Below are positions 23,090 through 34,443 of a stretch of DNA of 64,000 nucleotides, piece by piece; the stretch's first letter is position 1, and each line of letters opens with the position of its first letter. Source of the stretch: Picochlorum sp. SENEW3. Taxonomy: Eukaryota. The stretch lies in NCBI GenBank assembly GCA_034226945.1, contig CP120458.1, positions 496,001-560,000 on the forward strand, given 5' to 3'. The notes under the pieces were generated by a model, which was not told the DNA's origin, made no database searches, and was given only the letters and a program-made list of their open reading frames with translations. A program made the translations under genes and the position numbers.

Positions 23090-25561
23090 ATGCATAGGTT
23101 GTGGGGTAGGCGAAGGCTATGGCAGGAGACTGATGGTGGTGAGGGGTGTTACGACACGCTGTGGGATGCTGTGACGAGCGTGGAGAATGCTAGTGTGTGG
23201 CAGGATGGGTTGAGGAACAGTGGGTTGAATCTGATATTAGAGGATGGGGATACGCGGGGGATTGTCATGGTGGTGAGGGATGAGAGTTTGACAGGGTGTG
23301 AGGAGGTGGAGCAAGGGACTCTGTATGGTTCCTGTGCTCAGGCGATTCGGCAGTGGCTGCAGTCTCTGGGTGGTCCTGAGGGTGTGGGGTTGCTCATGTA
23401 TCATTGGTTGCCGAATGCAACGTTTGCGAGCGTTTCTGGAGTAGAGCAGGAGTGGGGGACGCTGTTGGAAGTAGCAAGTAGTGAATATGGCTTCCACGGG
23501 CTGGTTGTGGATGGTGTCAATGATTCTGTGCGTGTGCCCGAGGGTGTGGGAGTTGTTTCCGGAAGATTGGGTGGGTATGACGAGGCTACTATCATTGAGA
23601 AGAAACAAGTGTGTGGGGATGAAGAAGGCAGTGGTGTCTTTGTTCTAGACAGGCAGCTCTATCCTGAGGACTTACCTGCTGTGAATGTGACATCTCTGGG
23701 TCCGTTGGCGTCGTATTGTTGGGAGAGCATTGTGAGGCTGGCTGTCTCGTCTGAAAGTGATTTTCCTGGGTTGCCTTTGACAACATTTGCATACCCTGTT
23801 GTGAAGCCTTTATTAGATCCCAGAGCAAATGTGACGCTGTTCGTTCCCGACTTTGCCAACGGTGCTATAGATTCTAGTCTGTACGTTGGTGGCTCGAGCG
23901 ACCCTGATCTCTTCAGGGGAGAGATTACTATATTTCTGCTGAGCCACTTTTTGAGAGGGCACCATTGCCCTGAGGATTTGGATGGGAATCAGATACAGAC
24001 ATTGGCTGGGGAGTACTATGGGGAGGATTTCAAGTTGGCATTTGAGCAGGACAAGAATGATGAGAATCTCGTGTATGTGTCCATGTTGTTTGGATCAAAC
24101 CAGATGAGGCGGTATTCTGCACGATACCTGGGGGAAGCATGCTTCTCCAGTGTATACTCTCTAAACTCGCTGCTGACTCCCTGGAATACGGCACAGGATG
24201 GAACTGATATTCCTAGGCTTCCGTTTGCGTATATCGATGATATCCCATTGGTAACCTCACAGCTGGACTTGTTCAATGTGACAAATACATGCAGCCAATT
24301 CGCTGACTCGGAAATAGGCACAATCATTGAGAGCAGCAGGGATGAGATGCAGCAATCCTCAAGTACTTTGACTCTTGATGGAGGGGAGATTGCTGGCATT
24401 GTAATAGGGTCTATTGCAGGCCTATGCATTATTGTTGCCTTGTGCTTGATTGTCTGGAAACGAACCAAGGCTACAAAGGGTCCTTCAGGAGAAAAGGATC
24501 TTGTCTCAAAATATCCTGATTCAATGCAATCCATCCCTCATCATGATGATTCATTGTCTGCTTTCAAGCGCAGCAACTCTTCAGCCATGACATCCCAGTG
24601 GACCTCCTCTGGCATGCTGGAACTTCCATGGGATGATGTCATCCTCTCTGAGGATGAAGTTATTTTAGATGAAGATCCTTCGACACATGAGAAAATTGTT
24701 CTGGGACGTGGAAAGTTCGGGACTGTGTATCAAGGGTTGCTCATGGGTGCTGAAAAAGTTGCAGTCAAGTGTATCTTGGATTCAAATATAGAGTTACTAC
24801 AAAAGAGCCCAGAGTCGCTGGGGAGACCAGACTCATTAGGCCCTGTGCCGAGGGAAGAGGTTTTGAAAGAGATTAGCTTGTTGAAAGCGTGTCACTCGCA
24901 ATATGTTGTGTCCTTCCTGGGAGCAACATTCCTGCCAGGAGAAGTCCGCTTGATCACCGAACTCATGCCAGCTGGAGATTTGTGGTCTGCGCTAGGGCGG
25001 AGGGATGGAACCCGTAGAGTGACATGGTACCATGGAGGAATATATATTGCCATGGATGTCGCTGCAGGACTCAACTATCTACACGGGCGACGGGTGATAC
25101 ACTTGGACCTGAAGAGCTCCAACATTCTGCTCAGGGAATCCAGAAGATCAGAGAGCTCGTACGAAACGCAAACTGCAGAGGGCTATGACGTTGTGTATCG
25201 TGCCAAGATATCAGACGTCGGTCTTTCACGCATGGTTCCCATGTCCCACGAGTACATTGCAGCATTAGAAGCAACGGGCACATGGAACTGGTGCGCCCCA
25301 GAGGTCATTCTCTGCTCCAAATGTACAGCCGCAGCAGACATCTTCTCATACGGCATCGTCCTTTGGGAAATTTGTACAGGTGAAATGCCTGTTCGAGGCT
25401 GTATGCGCCCAGTCAGAGTCCCCGAGGAGTGCCCGCAGGAAGTGGCTGATCTGATTGATGCTTGTGTCAACTGTGACAATGGCAGGCAGCCAAGTGATAG
25501 GCCCACGGCAGCTGAAGCATTCGACATACTCCAGAAACTCCTTCAGAATAATACCAAATAA
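23090..25561 (+). CDS. Single-pass receptor-like TKL kinase with two fasciclin (FAS1)-like extracellular domains; 5' end uncertain
   Basis: TM helix GEIAGIVIGSIAGLCIIVALCLIVW. Kinase motifs GRGKFG, VAVK, HLDLKSSN, DVG, WCAPE. Ectodomain has FAS1-like motifs (LMYHWLP, GVFVLDRQL, VTLFVP, SHFL, VYSLNSLL). Confidence 0.88.
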   Translation: MHRLWGRRRLWQETDGGEGCYDTLWDAVTSVENASVWQDGLRNSGLNLILEDGDTRGIVMVVRDESLTGCEEVEQGTLYGSCAQAIRQWLQSLGGPEGVGLLMYHWLPNATFASVSGVEQEWGTLLEVASSEYGFHGLVVDGVNDSVRVPEGVGVVSGRLGGYDEATIIEKKQVCGDEEGSGVFVLDRQLYPEDLPAVNVTSLGPLASYCWESIVRLAVSSESDFPGLPLTTFAYPVVKPLLDPRANVTLFVPDFANGAIDSSLYVGGSSDPDLFRGEITIFLLSHFLRGHHCPEDLDGNQIQTLAGEYYGEDFKLAFEQDKNDENLVYVSMLFGSNQMRRYSARYLGEACFSSVYSLNSLLTPWNTAQDGTDIPRLPFAYIDDIPLVTSQLDLFNVTNTCSQFADSEIGTIIESSRDEMQQSSSTLTLDGGEIAGIVIGSIAGLCIIVALCLIVWKRTKATKGPSGEKDLVSKYPDSMQSIPHHDDSLSAFKRSNSSAMTSQWTSSGMLELPWDDVILSEDEVILDEDPSTHEKIVLGRGKFGTVYQGLLMGAEKVAVKCILDSNIELLQKSPESLGRPDSLGPVPREEVLKEISLLKACHSQYVVSFLGATFLPGEVRLITELMPAGDLWSALGRRDGTRRVTWYHGGIYIAMDVAAGLNYLHGRRVIHLDLKSSNILLRESRRSESSYETQTAEGYDVVYRAKISDVGLSRMVPMSHEYIAALEATGTWNWCAPEVILCSKCTAAADIFSYGIVLWEICTGEMPVRGCMRPVRVPEECPQEVADLIDACVNCDNGRQPSDRPTAAEAFDILQKLLQNNTK

Positions 25562-25692
25562 ATTACAACAGTTGTAGTGAATATACTATTCAGAATGTTT
25601 TTTGAGAAACAAGAGTACATTTGAAATCCCTCGTCAACTTAGTCGTATTTTCCTATACACAAGTTCTAGACCAACTTCAATCCATTCTTTTC

Positions 25693-27396
25693 ATGGGTAG
25701 GAAGAGTTTAAAGAAAGATAGGGCGTATATTACTGCTTCTGAATGGAAGGCAGAGGGGGGTGGGCACAAAGGCAGGCTGCAGGGAGCAAAAGCGACTTTT
25801 CGACGCCTTCCGTTCAACTGCTGTGCCATTAGCTTTAAACCAGTTGAAGATGCAGTGTGTACGGATGATGGGACTGTGATGGACATTGTGAATGCCGTTC
25901 CGTATGTTCAGAAGTTTCGGAAGCATCCTAGGACTGGGGAACCACTGGAGCTCAAGGACCTGGTTCGAATCAAATTCCAGAAGAATACGGACAATGAGAT
26001 CTGCTGTCCTGTTCTCGGAAAGGTTTTCAACGACAACAGTCACATTGTAGCAATCAAAGTCACAGGGAATGTGTATTCTTGGGAGGCTGTTCAAGAACTT
26101 TGCCTCAAGCCCAAGAACATGCGGGACCTGCTCACAGATGAGCCTTTTAGGAGGTCTGATATCATTGAGATACAGGATCCCTCGGATTTGTCTGCGAAAA
26201 ACTTCTCCAATTTTGATCATGTCAAGAACAATATATCTGTTGATGAATTCACAGGTGGAGAACAGGATGCAAGGAGTGATATCAAGACTGTCAGCAAAGA
26301 CATTCAAAGGAATCTGTCTGCGCTTGGGAGAGGGGAGATATCTGCAGATGTCAAAGAAAAGCAGACAGAATTATCTCAAGTACCCAAGACTGTGGATACA
26401 CGGCTCAAATCAGTGCCGAGGCATCGGGGTGATGTGGTCACATTCAAGCCTGGGGCAGCTACATGGGATACGACAGATGATCAACGCAACATAGGAACCT
26501 TTAACAAGAATGGTGGAAAGGTTATACCAAAGCCTTTCAGCGATAGATATGTGGCTTCTCATACAAGCACCGGTGCCACCTCCAAGTCATTCACCTCTAC
26601 TGCTGTGGATGTGGCAACAACCAGTGAGCGAGACATGGTTCTGCAGCAATTGCGACCAAAACAAAAGGGATACGCTCAAATGCACACATCACATGGTGAT
26701 ATCAACATAGAATTGCACTGCGATATTGTACCGAAAGCATGTGAAAATTTTCTCGCACTGGCGCAAGGGCACTATTACGATGGCACCAAGTTCCACAGGT
26801 TGATACCAAACTTTATGATACAAGGGGGCGACCCAACTGGCACTGGTAAAGGAGGATCCAGCGTGTTTGGTGACTGCTTTGAGGACGAATTTGACTCTAG
26901 ATTGGTACATGATGCACGGGGACAGTTGTCCATGGCAAACTCGGGACCCAATTCCAATGGATCACAGTTCTTCATCTTGTTCAAGTCTGCAAGGCATCTG
27001 GACTTTAAGCACACTGTTTTTGGAAGAGTCGTGGGTGGGTTCGACGTACTTACAAAGATGGAACGTATACCTACAACAGATAATGATGTTCCTCTTGATG
27101 ATATTGAAATTTTAGGCTTTACAGTCTTTGTCAACCCATACACAGAGCTACTGCAGCAGCAGAAGGAAAAGGAGGAGAGGCGAGAAGAAAGGCCCCGTGA
27201 CCTTGAAGAGAGGATTGAATCGTTGGACAAAGTTATGGGAGTAAAATCCAGTGAACCTGTCGCAAATGGTGTTGGAATATATCTACGAGCAAAGACGCGA
27301 GATGGGCCAAAATCGTCAAGTGTAAAATCATCAGGGCCTGTCTCCAAGAAGAAGAGACCAAGGTCAGCAACCCTAGGCAATTTTGACTCGTGGTGA
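25693..27396 (+). CDS. PPIL2: U-box/RING cyclophilin PPIL2 (CYP65-like)
   Basis: D..YITASEW, FRRLPF.CC.ISF, CPVL.KVF...HIVA; cyclophilin domain FHRLIPNFMIQGGDPTGTG, MANSGPNSNGSQFF, KHTVFGRVVGG. Confidence 0.95.
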   Translation: MGRKSLKKDRAYITASEWKAEGGGHKGRLQGAKATFRRLPFNCCAISFKPVEDAVCTDDGTVMDIVNAVPYVQKFRKHPRTGEPLELKDLVRIKFQKNTDNEICCPVLGKVFNDNSHIVAIKVTGNVYSWEAVQELCLKPKNMRDLLTDEPFRRSDIIEIQDPSDLSAKNFSNFDHVKNNISVDEFTGGEQDARSDIKTVSKDIQRNLSALGRGEISADVKEKQTELSQVPKTVDTRLKSVPRHRGDVVTFKPGAATWDTTDDQRNIGTFNKNGGKVIPKPFSDRYVASHTSTGATSKSFTSTAVDVATTSERDMVLQQLRPKQKGYAQMHTSHGDINIELHCDIVPKACENFLALAQGHYYDGTKFHRLIPNFMIQGGDPTGTGKGGSSVFGDCFEDEFDSRLVHDARGQLSMANSGPNSNGSQFFILFKSARHLDFKHTVFGRVVGGFDVLTKMERIPTTDNDVPLDDIEILGFTVFVNPYTELLQQQKEKEERREERPRDLEERIESLDKVMGVKSSEPVANGVGIYLRAKTRDGPKSSSVKSSGPVSKKKRPRSATLGNFDSW

Positions 27397-27435
27397 CTGA
27401 TTTTTAAAGTACAAAAGAATATGTGAATTTTGTAA

Positions 27436-28161
27436 TCAAATGCTCAGACCAAGCTGCAGACCCAGGGCAGCATGCACAAAGAAAAGGGCCATGATGCCAG
27501 TTCCAAGGAAGGCATGCATGGTGCGAGCATTTGGGTCATCCTCAAAAAACAATGGCAGCATGGCCTGGAACGCCAGGCCAGAGAGACCCAGCATCCCGGT
27601 GACAAAATGAGAGCTCCCAAAAATATTTTCCCCTTGCATCAATAGGGACATCATACCTCCTAAAGCTCCAAGTGCAAAGAAGAATGCCATGCCCCCAGCC
27701 AGCTTTGGATGCATGTCAATGGCCTTCTGCTTCAACTTGATATCATCTGTCAATCGAATCTGCCAACCGAGGTACAGAGCACCATACCCACCCATAGCGA
27801 AAAGGACCACGGCCATATTCCCAGGGTGTCCCCAGTGAACTAGCCATTCGGGGAGGTCCAAGGTCTTGAAGAATTCCGCCTGTGGCTCCAAGAAGGCCCT
27901 CACCGGGTTGGCTGCACCAAGGGTCAGCAGGGCTGCAGGAGGTCTATCCACGTCAGATGGCAAACAACAGCGCAATCAGACCCATTAAATCATAAACCTA
28001 CATGGAATAGCGGTAGAATACAATGATACATCGCTCTTTCCAGAAACACGTGAATCAGCATTGTTGCGTTGGCATGTGGCCCTCACAGCCACATGTGATC
28101 GAGAGGCAGCCAACCTTCCCAAAGGAGAGGATCTGAGCAACATTCTTGTCCCTGTCATCAT
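27436..28161 (-). CDS. Chloroplast membrane protein, DUF4079-like; one intron
   Basis: Transit-peptide-like exon (…HVAVRA) followed by LVHWGHPGNMAVVLFAMGGYG, HPKL.GGM.FFFALGA.GG, S.HF.TG, H..LG...M.LF.VHAALGLQLGLS. Confidence 0.85.
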
Positions 28162-28426
28162 GATTCTGTTTAACATAGATTGATTTACACGGAATCCGTC
28201 AGGTGATGCTCTCAATCAGTCTATTGCACGGCAGCGATGCATCGGTCTGCTGTCACCATCAGCCCCATTGCCAATCCCAAACCTGCCACAGCTACGTTCA
28301 GAAAACTATCCCAGTCGAATACCTCTCGCTTATATTAAATGGTTGTTCAAATCATATATGTACATTGTAAACCCTGTGAATAAAGAGTGATAGTTTGAAC
28401 TCAGGAGACTAGAAAACTGGCCCAGC

Positions 28427-29113
28427 ATGGCCCAGCAACGTCTGGACGAATGTACCAAAACAAGGGAAATAGAAGCTCACATGCACCATGCTCTGTACTG
28501 TTTTGATGTATTGGCAAAGCATTTGAGATGCGAAGAGCATGTGTGCCCAGTTGTGTCTGAGCAGTTGCAGAGGGCTGTAGGGGAGTATGCATGCCCCTTG
28601 TTTGTGACATGGAATAAACAGGAAGATGGGTATCATGACGGAGAAGTTACTCTACGGGGCTGTATAGGGACATTTGCACCACAGGATATCACCAAAGGGT
28701 TGGAGGAGTATGCCATTATTTCTGCTCTGCGGGATTCTCGATTTCCTCCCATTTCTCAGGCTGAATTATCTGCATTATCATGCACTGTATCTCTGCTTCA
28801 TTCCTTTGAACAGGGATCTTCATGGGATGACTGGGAGGTTGGTACACATGGGGTCAGTATATCATTCAGGCATCCAAAGACTCGGTCCCGCCACTCAGCT
28901 ACCTTTCTCCCAGATGTAGCTGCAGATCATGGTTGGGATCATCGAACGACGATGAAATACTTGATATCAAAATCTGGATGCCATATGGGGGATGATATGC
29001 GTGAATTAGAGAGAATATTATCGATCCTTCGGTTGGAACGATATCAGAGTAGCACATGCCATGTGTCATACCAGGACTATGTGCTGTTCTACTCAAGAAA
29101 TCGTCACGTGTAG
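28427..29113 (+). CDS. AMMECR1 family protein
   Basis: YCFDVL, PLFVTW, LRGCIGTF, SALRDSRFPPI, DWEVGTHG, ATFLPDVA. Confidence 0.95.
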   Translation: MAQQRLDECTKTREIEAHMHHALYCFDVLAKHLRCEEHVCPVVSEQLQRAVGEYACPLFVTWNKQEDGYHDGEVTLRGCIGTFAPQDITKGLEEYAIISALRDSRFPPISQAELSALSCTVSLLHSFEQGSSWDDWEVGTHGVSISFRHPKTRSRHSATFLPDVAADHGWDHRTTMKYLISKSGCHMGDDMRELERILSILRLERYQSSTCHVSYQDYVLFYSRNRHV

Positions 29114-29235
29114 GTGTACTCAATGCATTACAATTCTAGCAAAACAATAGTATTCTCTTCATGAATTTTTTTCTTCTTGCTATTATATTATTCAATGGAC
29201 GACACGACACAAGAACTGAACTGTATATTTCCACA

Positions 29236-29727
29236 TCATCTGGTGGTTTCAGAAGAGATCATATGGTTTTTCATCGCGGTATTCTCCGCCCTCAGACTTT
29301 GATACATTTCTGTCAGAGCACCAGCTTCCTCCTGTAAATTTGCTACTTCATCCTCGAGCTTCGACACGATAATCTCCATATCTTCCAACATGGCTGGCTT
29401 TCTCACCCTACCCCCTTTAGACAGGCCCCCATGCACGCCACCCTTCCTGCCACTGCCTCTCTTCTTCCTTCCTTGCTGCCCACTGTATCCCATAGATTCC
29501 CCCATATCATCTCCCACAATGCCTAGCTCGTCCAGAAGCTCCTCAGTCTCGGCTCCTCCACTCTCCAAAGCCCTGAAATTAGGCTTTGCCACACTCCGAC
29601 TGGAGCGCCGCGCTGGCTGCACTCTACCACTCGAACCAAACGTGCCAGCATCAGTCATCGAATCAATGCCTAGGATATCCTGTCCACCACCACGACTGTG
29701 TCCAAGAGAAAAGCCTGCTTCGTTCAT
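29236..29727 (-). CDS. Small nuclear protein with basic region and leucine-zipper-like coiled coil (bZIP-like)
   Basis: RKKRGSGRK..RVRK followed by a heptad pattern (MEIIVSKLEDEVANLQEEAGALTEMYQSLRAENTAM). The canonical bZIP N-x7-R motif is absent. Confidence 0.6.
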   Translation of the reverse strand: MNEAGFSLGHSRGGGQDILGIDSMTDAGTFGSSGRVQPARRSSRSVAKPNFRALESGGAETEELLDELGIVGDDMGESMGYSGQQGRKKRGSGRKGGVHGGLSKGGRVRKPAMLEDMEIIVSKLEDEVANLQEEAGALTEMYQSLRAENTAMKNHMISSETTR

Positions 29728-30229
29728 TTCTCAATGTTCTCCAGTTTCCTTGAGCCTGTGGCTGCTTCTCTGGCAGCGACAGTCCAATTATACAATTTGA
29801 ACCCGTAGTATTCAATTACAAAGACCTGCCTTGCCGTTGGGGTGCATTCATCTACCAGGGGTGTCAAAGCACCTATCTCACCGTAATAAGAGCATTTAAA
29901 TATTCTCGAATTCTGTGTCCAGGTACCGAATTCAAAATTTCAAACCAAAATCGAATATCCATCCGCTCTCTGTCAGTCTTTTATTATGCATATACACATT
30001 TCGCATGTTCAAAATAGCAATAGTCTATTTAGCAGAAGAAGTGAGGCGAATTCAAAGTTGAAATAACACGTGCACGACTTCAGTCGAGTGCGGATCTGAG
30101 TTTGTTCGGGTTTCATGATTCCCTTCTCATTACGGAGTTTGTGATATTATTGTTGAGAAATTCGTATATCTAATACAGTTGTCGTTGTTGATCGCTGTAT
30201 AACTACCGTCGGTATCGGCATATACCACC

Positions 30230-32363
30230 ATGGCTGGTTTCTCTTCGGCAGAGGGGCAGGCTCTTGGGGACCCTTCCTTCAGTAGAGAGGAGCGCACGTA
30301 CCTGATGGATCATGGTCGAGCAAAGAAGAGGACTAGTACAAGTAATGGAAAGGTATGCGAGCCCGATCGGCATGACGGATTTGCTGGATTCAAGTGAATG
30401 TTGGGATTGACACAAATGTGTTGCTGTGTTGCAGAATGGTGTGTGGTCTGACGAGGAAGATCGATTGCTCGCGGAGTGGCAGAAGAAAGTTGGGAATAAA
30501 TGGTCCGAAGTTGCCAAGCATATATCTGGTAAAACTGGTCAGCAGTGTGCTCAAAGGTGGAGGCACAGGGTGAATCCAGATATCAAGCGTGATAAGTGGG
30601 ATGCTCATGAGGATGAATTGTTAACGAATCTGGTGGCAAAGCATGGGAATGCCTGGGCTGAAATTGCAAGGCATGTGCCTGGGAGGACGGATCAACAGTG
30701 TATGGGGCGATGGAAGAGACATCTGGATCCGTCAATCCGGAGAGAAAAGTGGAGTGATGAAGAGGATGTCAAGCTGTGTGCATTGTTTTCCAAGTATGAC
30801 AATGCGTGGAGTAGTATCAGCAAGGCGATGCGCGGAAGAACTCCACAACAGTGTAGAACGAGGTGGCACAATCTGAAGAGCTCGTCGTTCATGACCAAGC
30901 GCAAGGAAGATATACAAAAGGTGGATATGGAGGCTCTGGAGGCACTATTGGCTCAGCACGAACGTTGTCTGTCAGCGGCGCGAGAGTCTGCAATGGGGCA
31001 AAAGGATGAAAAAGTAGAAGGAGTAGGATACCAGAAAAAGCGAAAGCGCGGAAGGCCAGCAAAGTGCGAGGGCAGAATGGGAGATTCAGGGACTGATGTT
31101 CGCGGGAGGATGCGTGGCAGGCCTCGCAGGAGGACCATGGTATCGCATATTGAGACGAGGAGTTTATCATTTTTGGATTGCATGAAAGTTGCTGGAAGTA
31201 GGAGAAGTAGAAGTACATGTCGACAGAGGAGACTGAATTTTGAGTCAACAAGACACATGCTGAAGATGTTGAAGGATGGCGAGGAATCTCAATCAGACCA
31301 CGCCCTGGGCCAATTTGATGATTGTGTGCTGCAACCATGGAGTGCAGCAAAAGCAAATGGTAGGAATAATATTGCTCTGAACAATTTGAGATGGGAAGAG
31401 AATGGCGAAGATGATGGAGAGATCATGCTGCCCATCAACAAGGCAAATATGATGGTGTGTGTGAGCCCATTCCCCAATAAACACTCCTACGAGCCAGTAG
31501 TAGCAAACGATGCGACGCCTCCCAAACCAAAGTCTAAACGGGAGGTCTTGGATGCTCACCATATACCTTCTCCCTTGAGGCAAAGCCCATATGCCATAGA
31601 TACCTACAGTGGAGAGAGTTTCCTGGGGATTGAAGATCTGATGGGCAGCAAAACTCCTCTTTCGGCTTTGAGACATGCGCCAAAGTCATGCTTCTCTCCC
31701 GCTCTAGCAGATTTGCTGAAATCTCCTCCAAATAATCACGATATGTCACACGTGAAGTCGATAGAATTTCAGGGATTTGGTTCACCTGCAGCTCATTACA
31801 ATCGAGCCGGACAACTCTGGGGCCAAGAAACACCCAGCAGAGACTTCTCCGAGGTCGTGAGATGCCTAGATGCAGACATTGAATTTGCCTGCGAACGTGC
31901 TCCAAACGGAGACTTCACAGGAAACGATGTTGCAATGCATGAGACGAACAGGGCACATCCAGAAAGTGCTCCCCTGTTCACCCCCAGTGGCATGGCCATG
32001 CCATTTCATGCCGTTGACAGCACCCCAAACATGGCTCATGGCTCTGTTATGATGAAGGGCAATAACCACGAGATATCTGTAGTAGAATCGATCCCAACGA
32101 GGTATGTGGCCGTGGAACCCACAGATCAGAGTGAGACTGCCAAGCTTTTGCCAGTCAGACTCTTGCCGTCATCACAAACATCCGAGCAACTCCACCTTTC
32201 GGTTGGAGAAGGGATCGAAAAGACTATTGGAACACTTCAAAATAAAGCCACGTTGGTGCCTGTCCATTCGAATCATCAGCAGGACACATTAAAGAGGAGG
32301 GCCAGGCGCCTGAGTAGCGCCAGTGTGCGCATGTCCCTTCACACTCTGTTGGAAAAGGTATAA
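30230..32363 (+). CDS. Three-repeat MYB (MYB3R-like) transcription factor; intron 30353-30434
   Basis: ATG in CCACCATGG context. Three MYB repeats (GQQCAQRWRHRVNPDI, RTDQQCMGRW.RHLDPSI, RTPQQCRTRW). Many SP/TP putative CDK sites in the C-terminus. Confidence 0.93.
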
Positions 32364-32705
32364 TGGTATCTTGAAGAATAGCATCTAGTTCAACTTGATG
32401 AGTTTAGTATATTTGAGAATGTAAAGAGAAACACTGTGTGATGCTTCCAAAAGCGTTCGTCCCAGGTCTGCCAGAGTCTGAGACCAGAGTCTGCATGGGC
32501 AAAACTTTGAATTACAAATCACGCTGGAGCATGCCCTCGGGGGCCATACTAAATGTTTTATGCAATTATTAGGGATAGTTGTAGGCATTTCGCTTCTGTA
32601 AGGCTGTCCAACGGCAGTAGTACAAGAGTCGTGTTTTGAAAAGTAACAATCCCTCGGGTGATCGTTACGATTGTAGCAACAGTCCCTGTATGCCCAAGCA
32701 TTACT

Positions 32706-34334
32706 ATGTCTGCGAAAGAAGATCCGAACGAGGACCTTTGCGGGGTCTGTGACAAGGGCGGAGACCTCATCTGCTGTGATAGCTGTCCCCTCGCTTTCCA
32801 CGCTGGATGCATCGGATATCGTACGTCCTGATGGTTTATATTCATAATTTTAACATAGTTTGTCCATGTGGTTGGGAATATGTACATAATTTGGGGTTTC
32901 TTTTGGACTGCAGAGGATTGGGAATTTCTAAAAGATGACGAGCCCTGGTACTGCTGGGCATGTTCCAAACGGAAGAGAAAGCCATTCACACGCGATGATA
33001 GAGCAATACAGATGCCTATGCCGGGAGATGCAGTGTATGTTGCCAGAGATGGTAGCTTGAGGGAGTATGCCTTGTTCCTTTTTGATGAAGGTGTCTCTGA
33101 GAATATGATGAGAATTACCAATGTTTCCACTGTGCGTTGGTTTTTGCATAGTTGTCTCTCGTTTGAGATGAGATTCTTCATTACTTTGTGTCGGCCTTGT
33201 ATGCAGGACGCGCAGGAAGAGATCAGGCTGTCGAGTCCGAGGATTTGGAGAGGTTCCACTGCGCAGGGGATATTTTTTGAAGCTGGCGACAGCTTCTTCC
33301 CCACATTTCACAGAATCGCAATCGACTTGAGTAAAAGAGAAGAAATCAAAAGGTTTTTAGAGAGTCGTAAAAGAAAGAGTATCTCGACAGTAGAATCTCC
33401 AGAGGAGACAGTCCGCCCAGAAGCCACGAGGGGCACCAGAACAGAAAGCATAGCACAGCCAGCGATGCATACATCAGAAGATAGGATGGAATTGTCGGAA
33501 GAAGAAGAAGAAGAGACTGATTCTCCTATGGGAAACGATCAGGAGGCTCCCTCAGACTCCCAGGAAATGCCAGAGGATGCTGTCAAGGGTAACACAGATG
33601 GCAAGAAATCTTCTATTCGTACATCAACACGGGATTCAAAACAGGCTCGAGTACGGAGAAGCGCCGAATCAAACGAAATTAGAAAGTCTCCAATGTCCGA
33701 TGACGGAGCAGCAGCAGTGCTCAGTGGCCTTGCAAACCTGGGATCAAAGAAAGAAGCCACAGTCCCAACAGTCCACAAATGTGTCAACCCCATCAAGTCT
33801 TGGAGAGCATTGCAGGTAACAGATGCCCTGCGGACACTAACTGCGGGAGATAGGATTGAGATTTGGGCCAATGCTACCAAAAAATCTCCAGGGGGATGGG
33901 TCGGTGGCACTGTGTGCGATCTATCCATTCTCAACTCTGGAGAATCTGCTCCATATTTTGCATTTATTTTGGCAAGGCTTGATAGCCTACGCGTAGCGTT
34001 TGATGGAGAGTCCTACTTGGAATGGAGGCCTTTGGCTGTTAAAGTTCCTTCGAGCGATGCCCCTGCCTATCAAATGCAAGTGAGAATACCATCTTCTCAA
34101 CCCAGGGGAGACAGCTTTACCACAGGAGACAGGGTCGAGGCGCTCATCGATCATGTTTGGTGTCCCGGGACAATCACTGCGATCGGAGAACATTTGTGCA
34201 ACATAACGTTTGATTGTCCGGCCTTGGACAAAGACAATATGCGTGTCAACCATTGCCTGACTTTTGTCCGGAGGGCGCATGGTCTCGAAGACCACTTCTA
34301 TGGAATGCTAAAGGAATTTCCAACAAATTCATAA
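32706..34334 (+). CDS. PHD-finger protein with C-terminal tandem Agenet/Tudor-like domains; intron 32821-32913 (probable second intron 33132-33206)
   Basis: [28 protein letters not shown]|..WYCWAC (C4HC3). Two Tudor-like repeats: [15 protein letters not shown] and [17 protein letters not shown]. Confidence 0.88.
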
Positions 34335-34443
34335 ATGTGCTGTCTTTGGCAGGCCTGCCGGAAGGATATATATAAACTTTCACTAAAGATGTGCTCCCAG
34401 AAAAGAAGAAGAAAATGCATGTAAGCCAGAACGTAGTGTTGTG

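Noticed and set aside
30230..30307. Possible uORF with a TGATG stop/start overlap before MYB3R
   Set aside because: On recounting, ATG 30230 is in frame with ATG 30305, so it is simply the true start.
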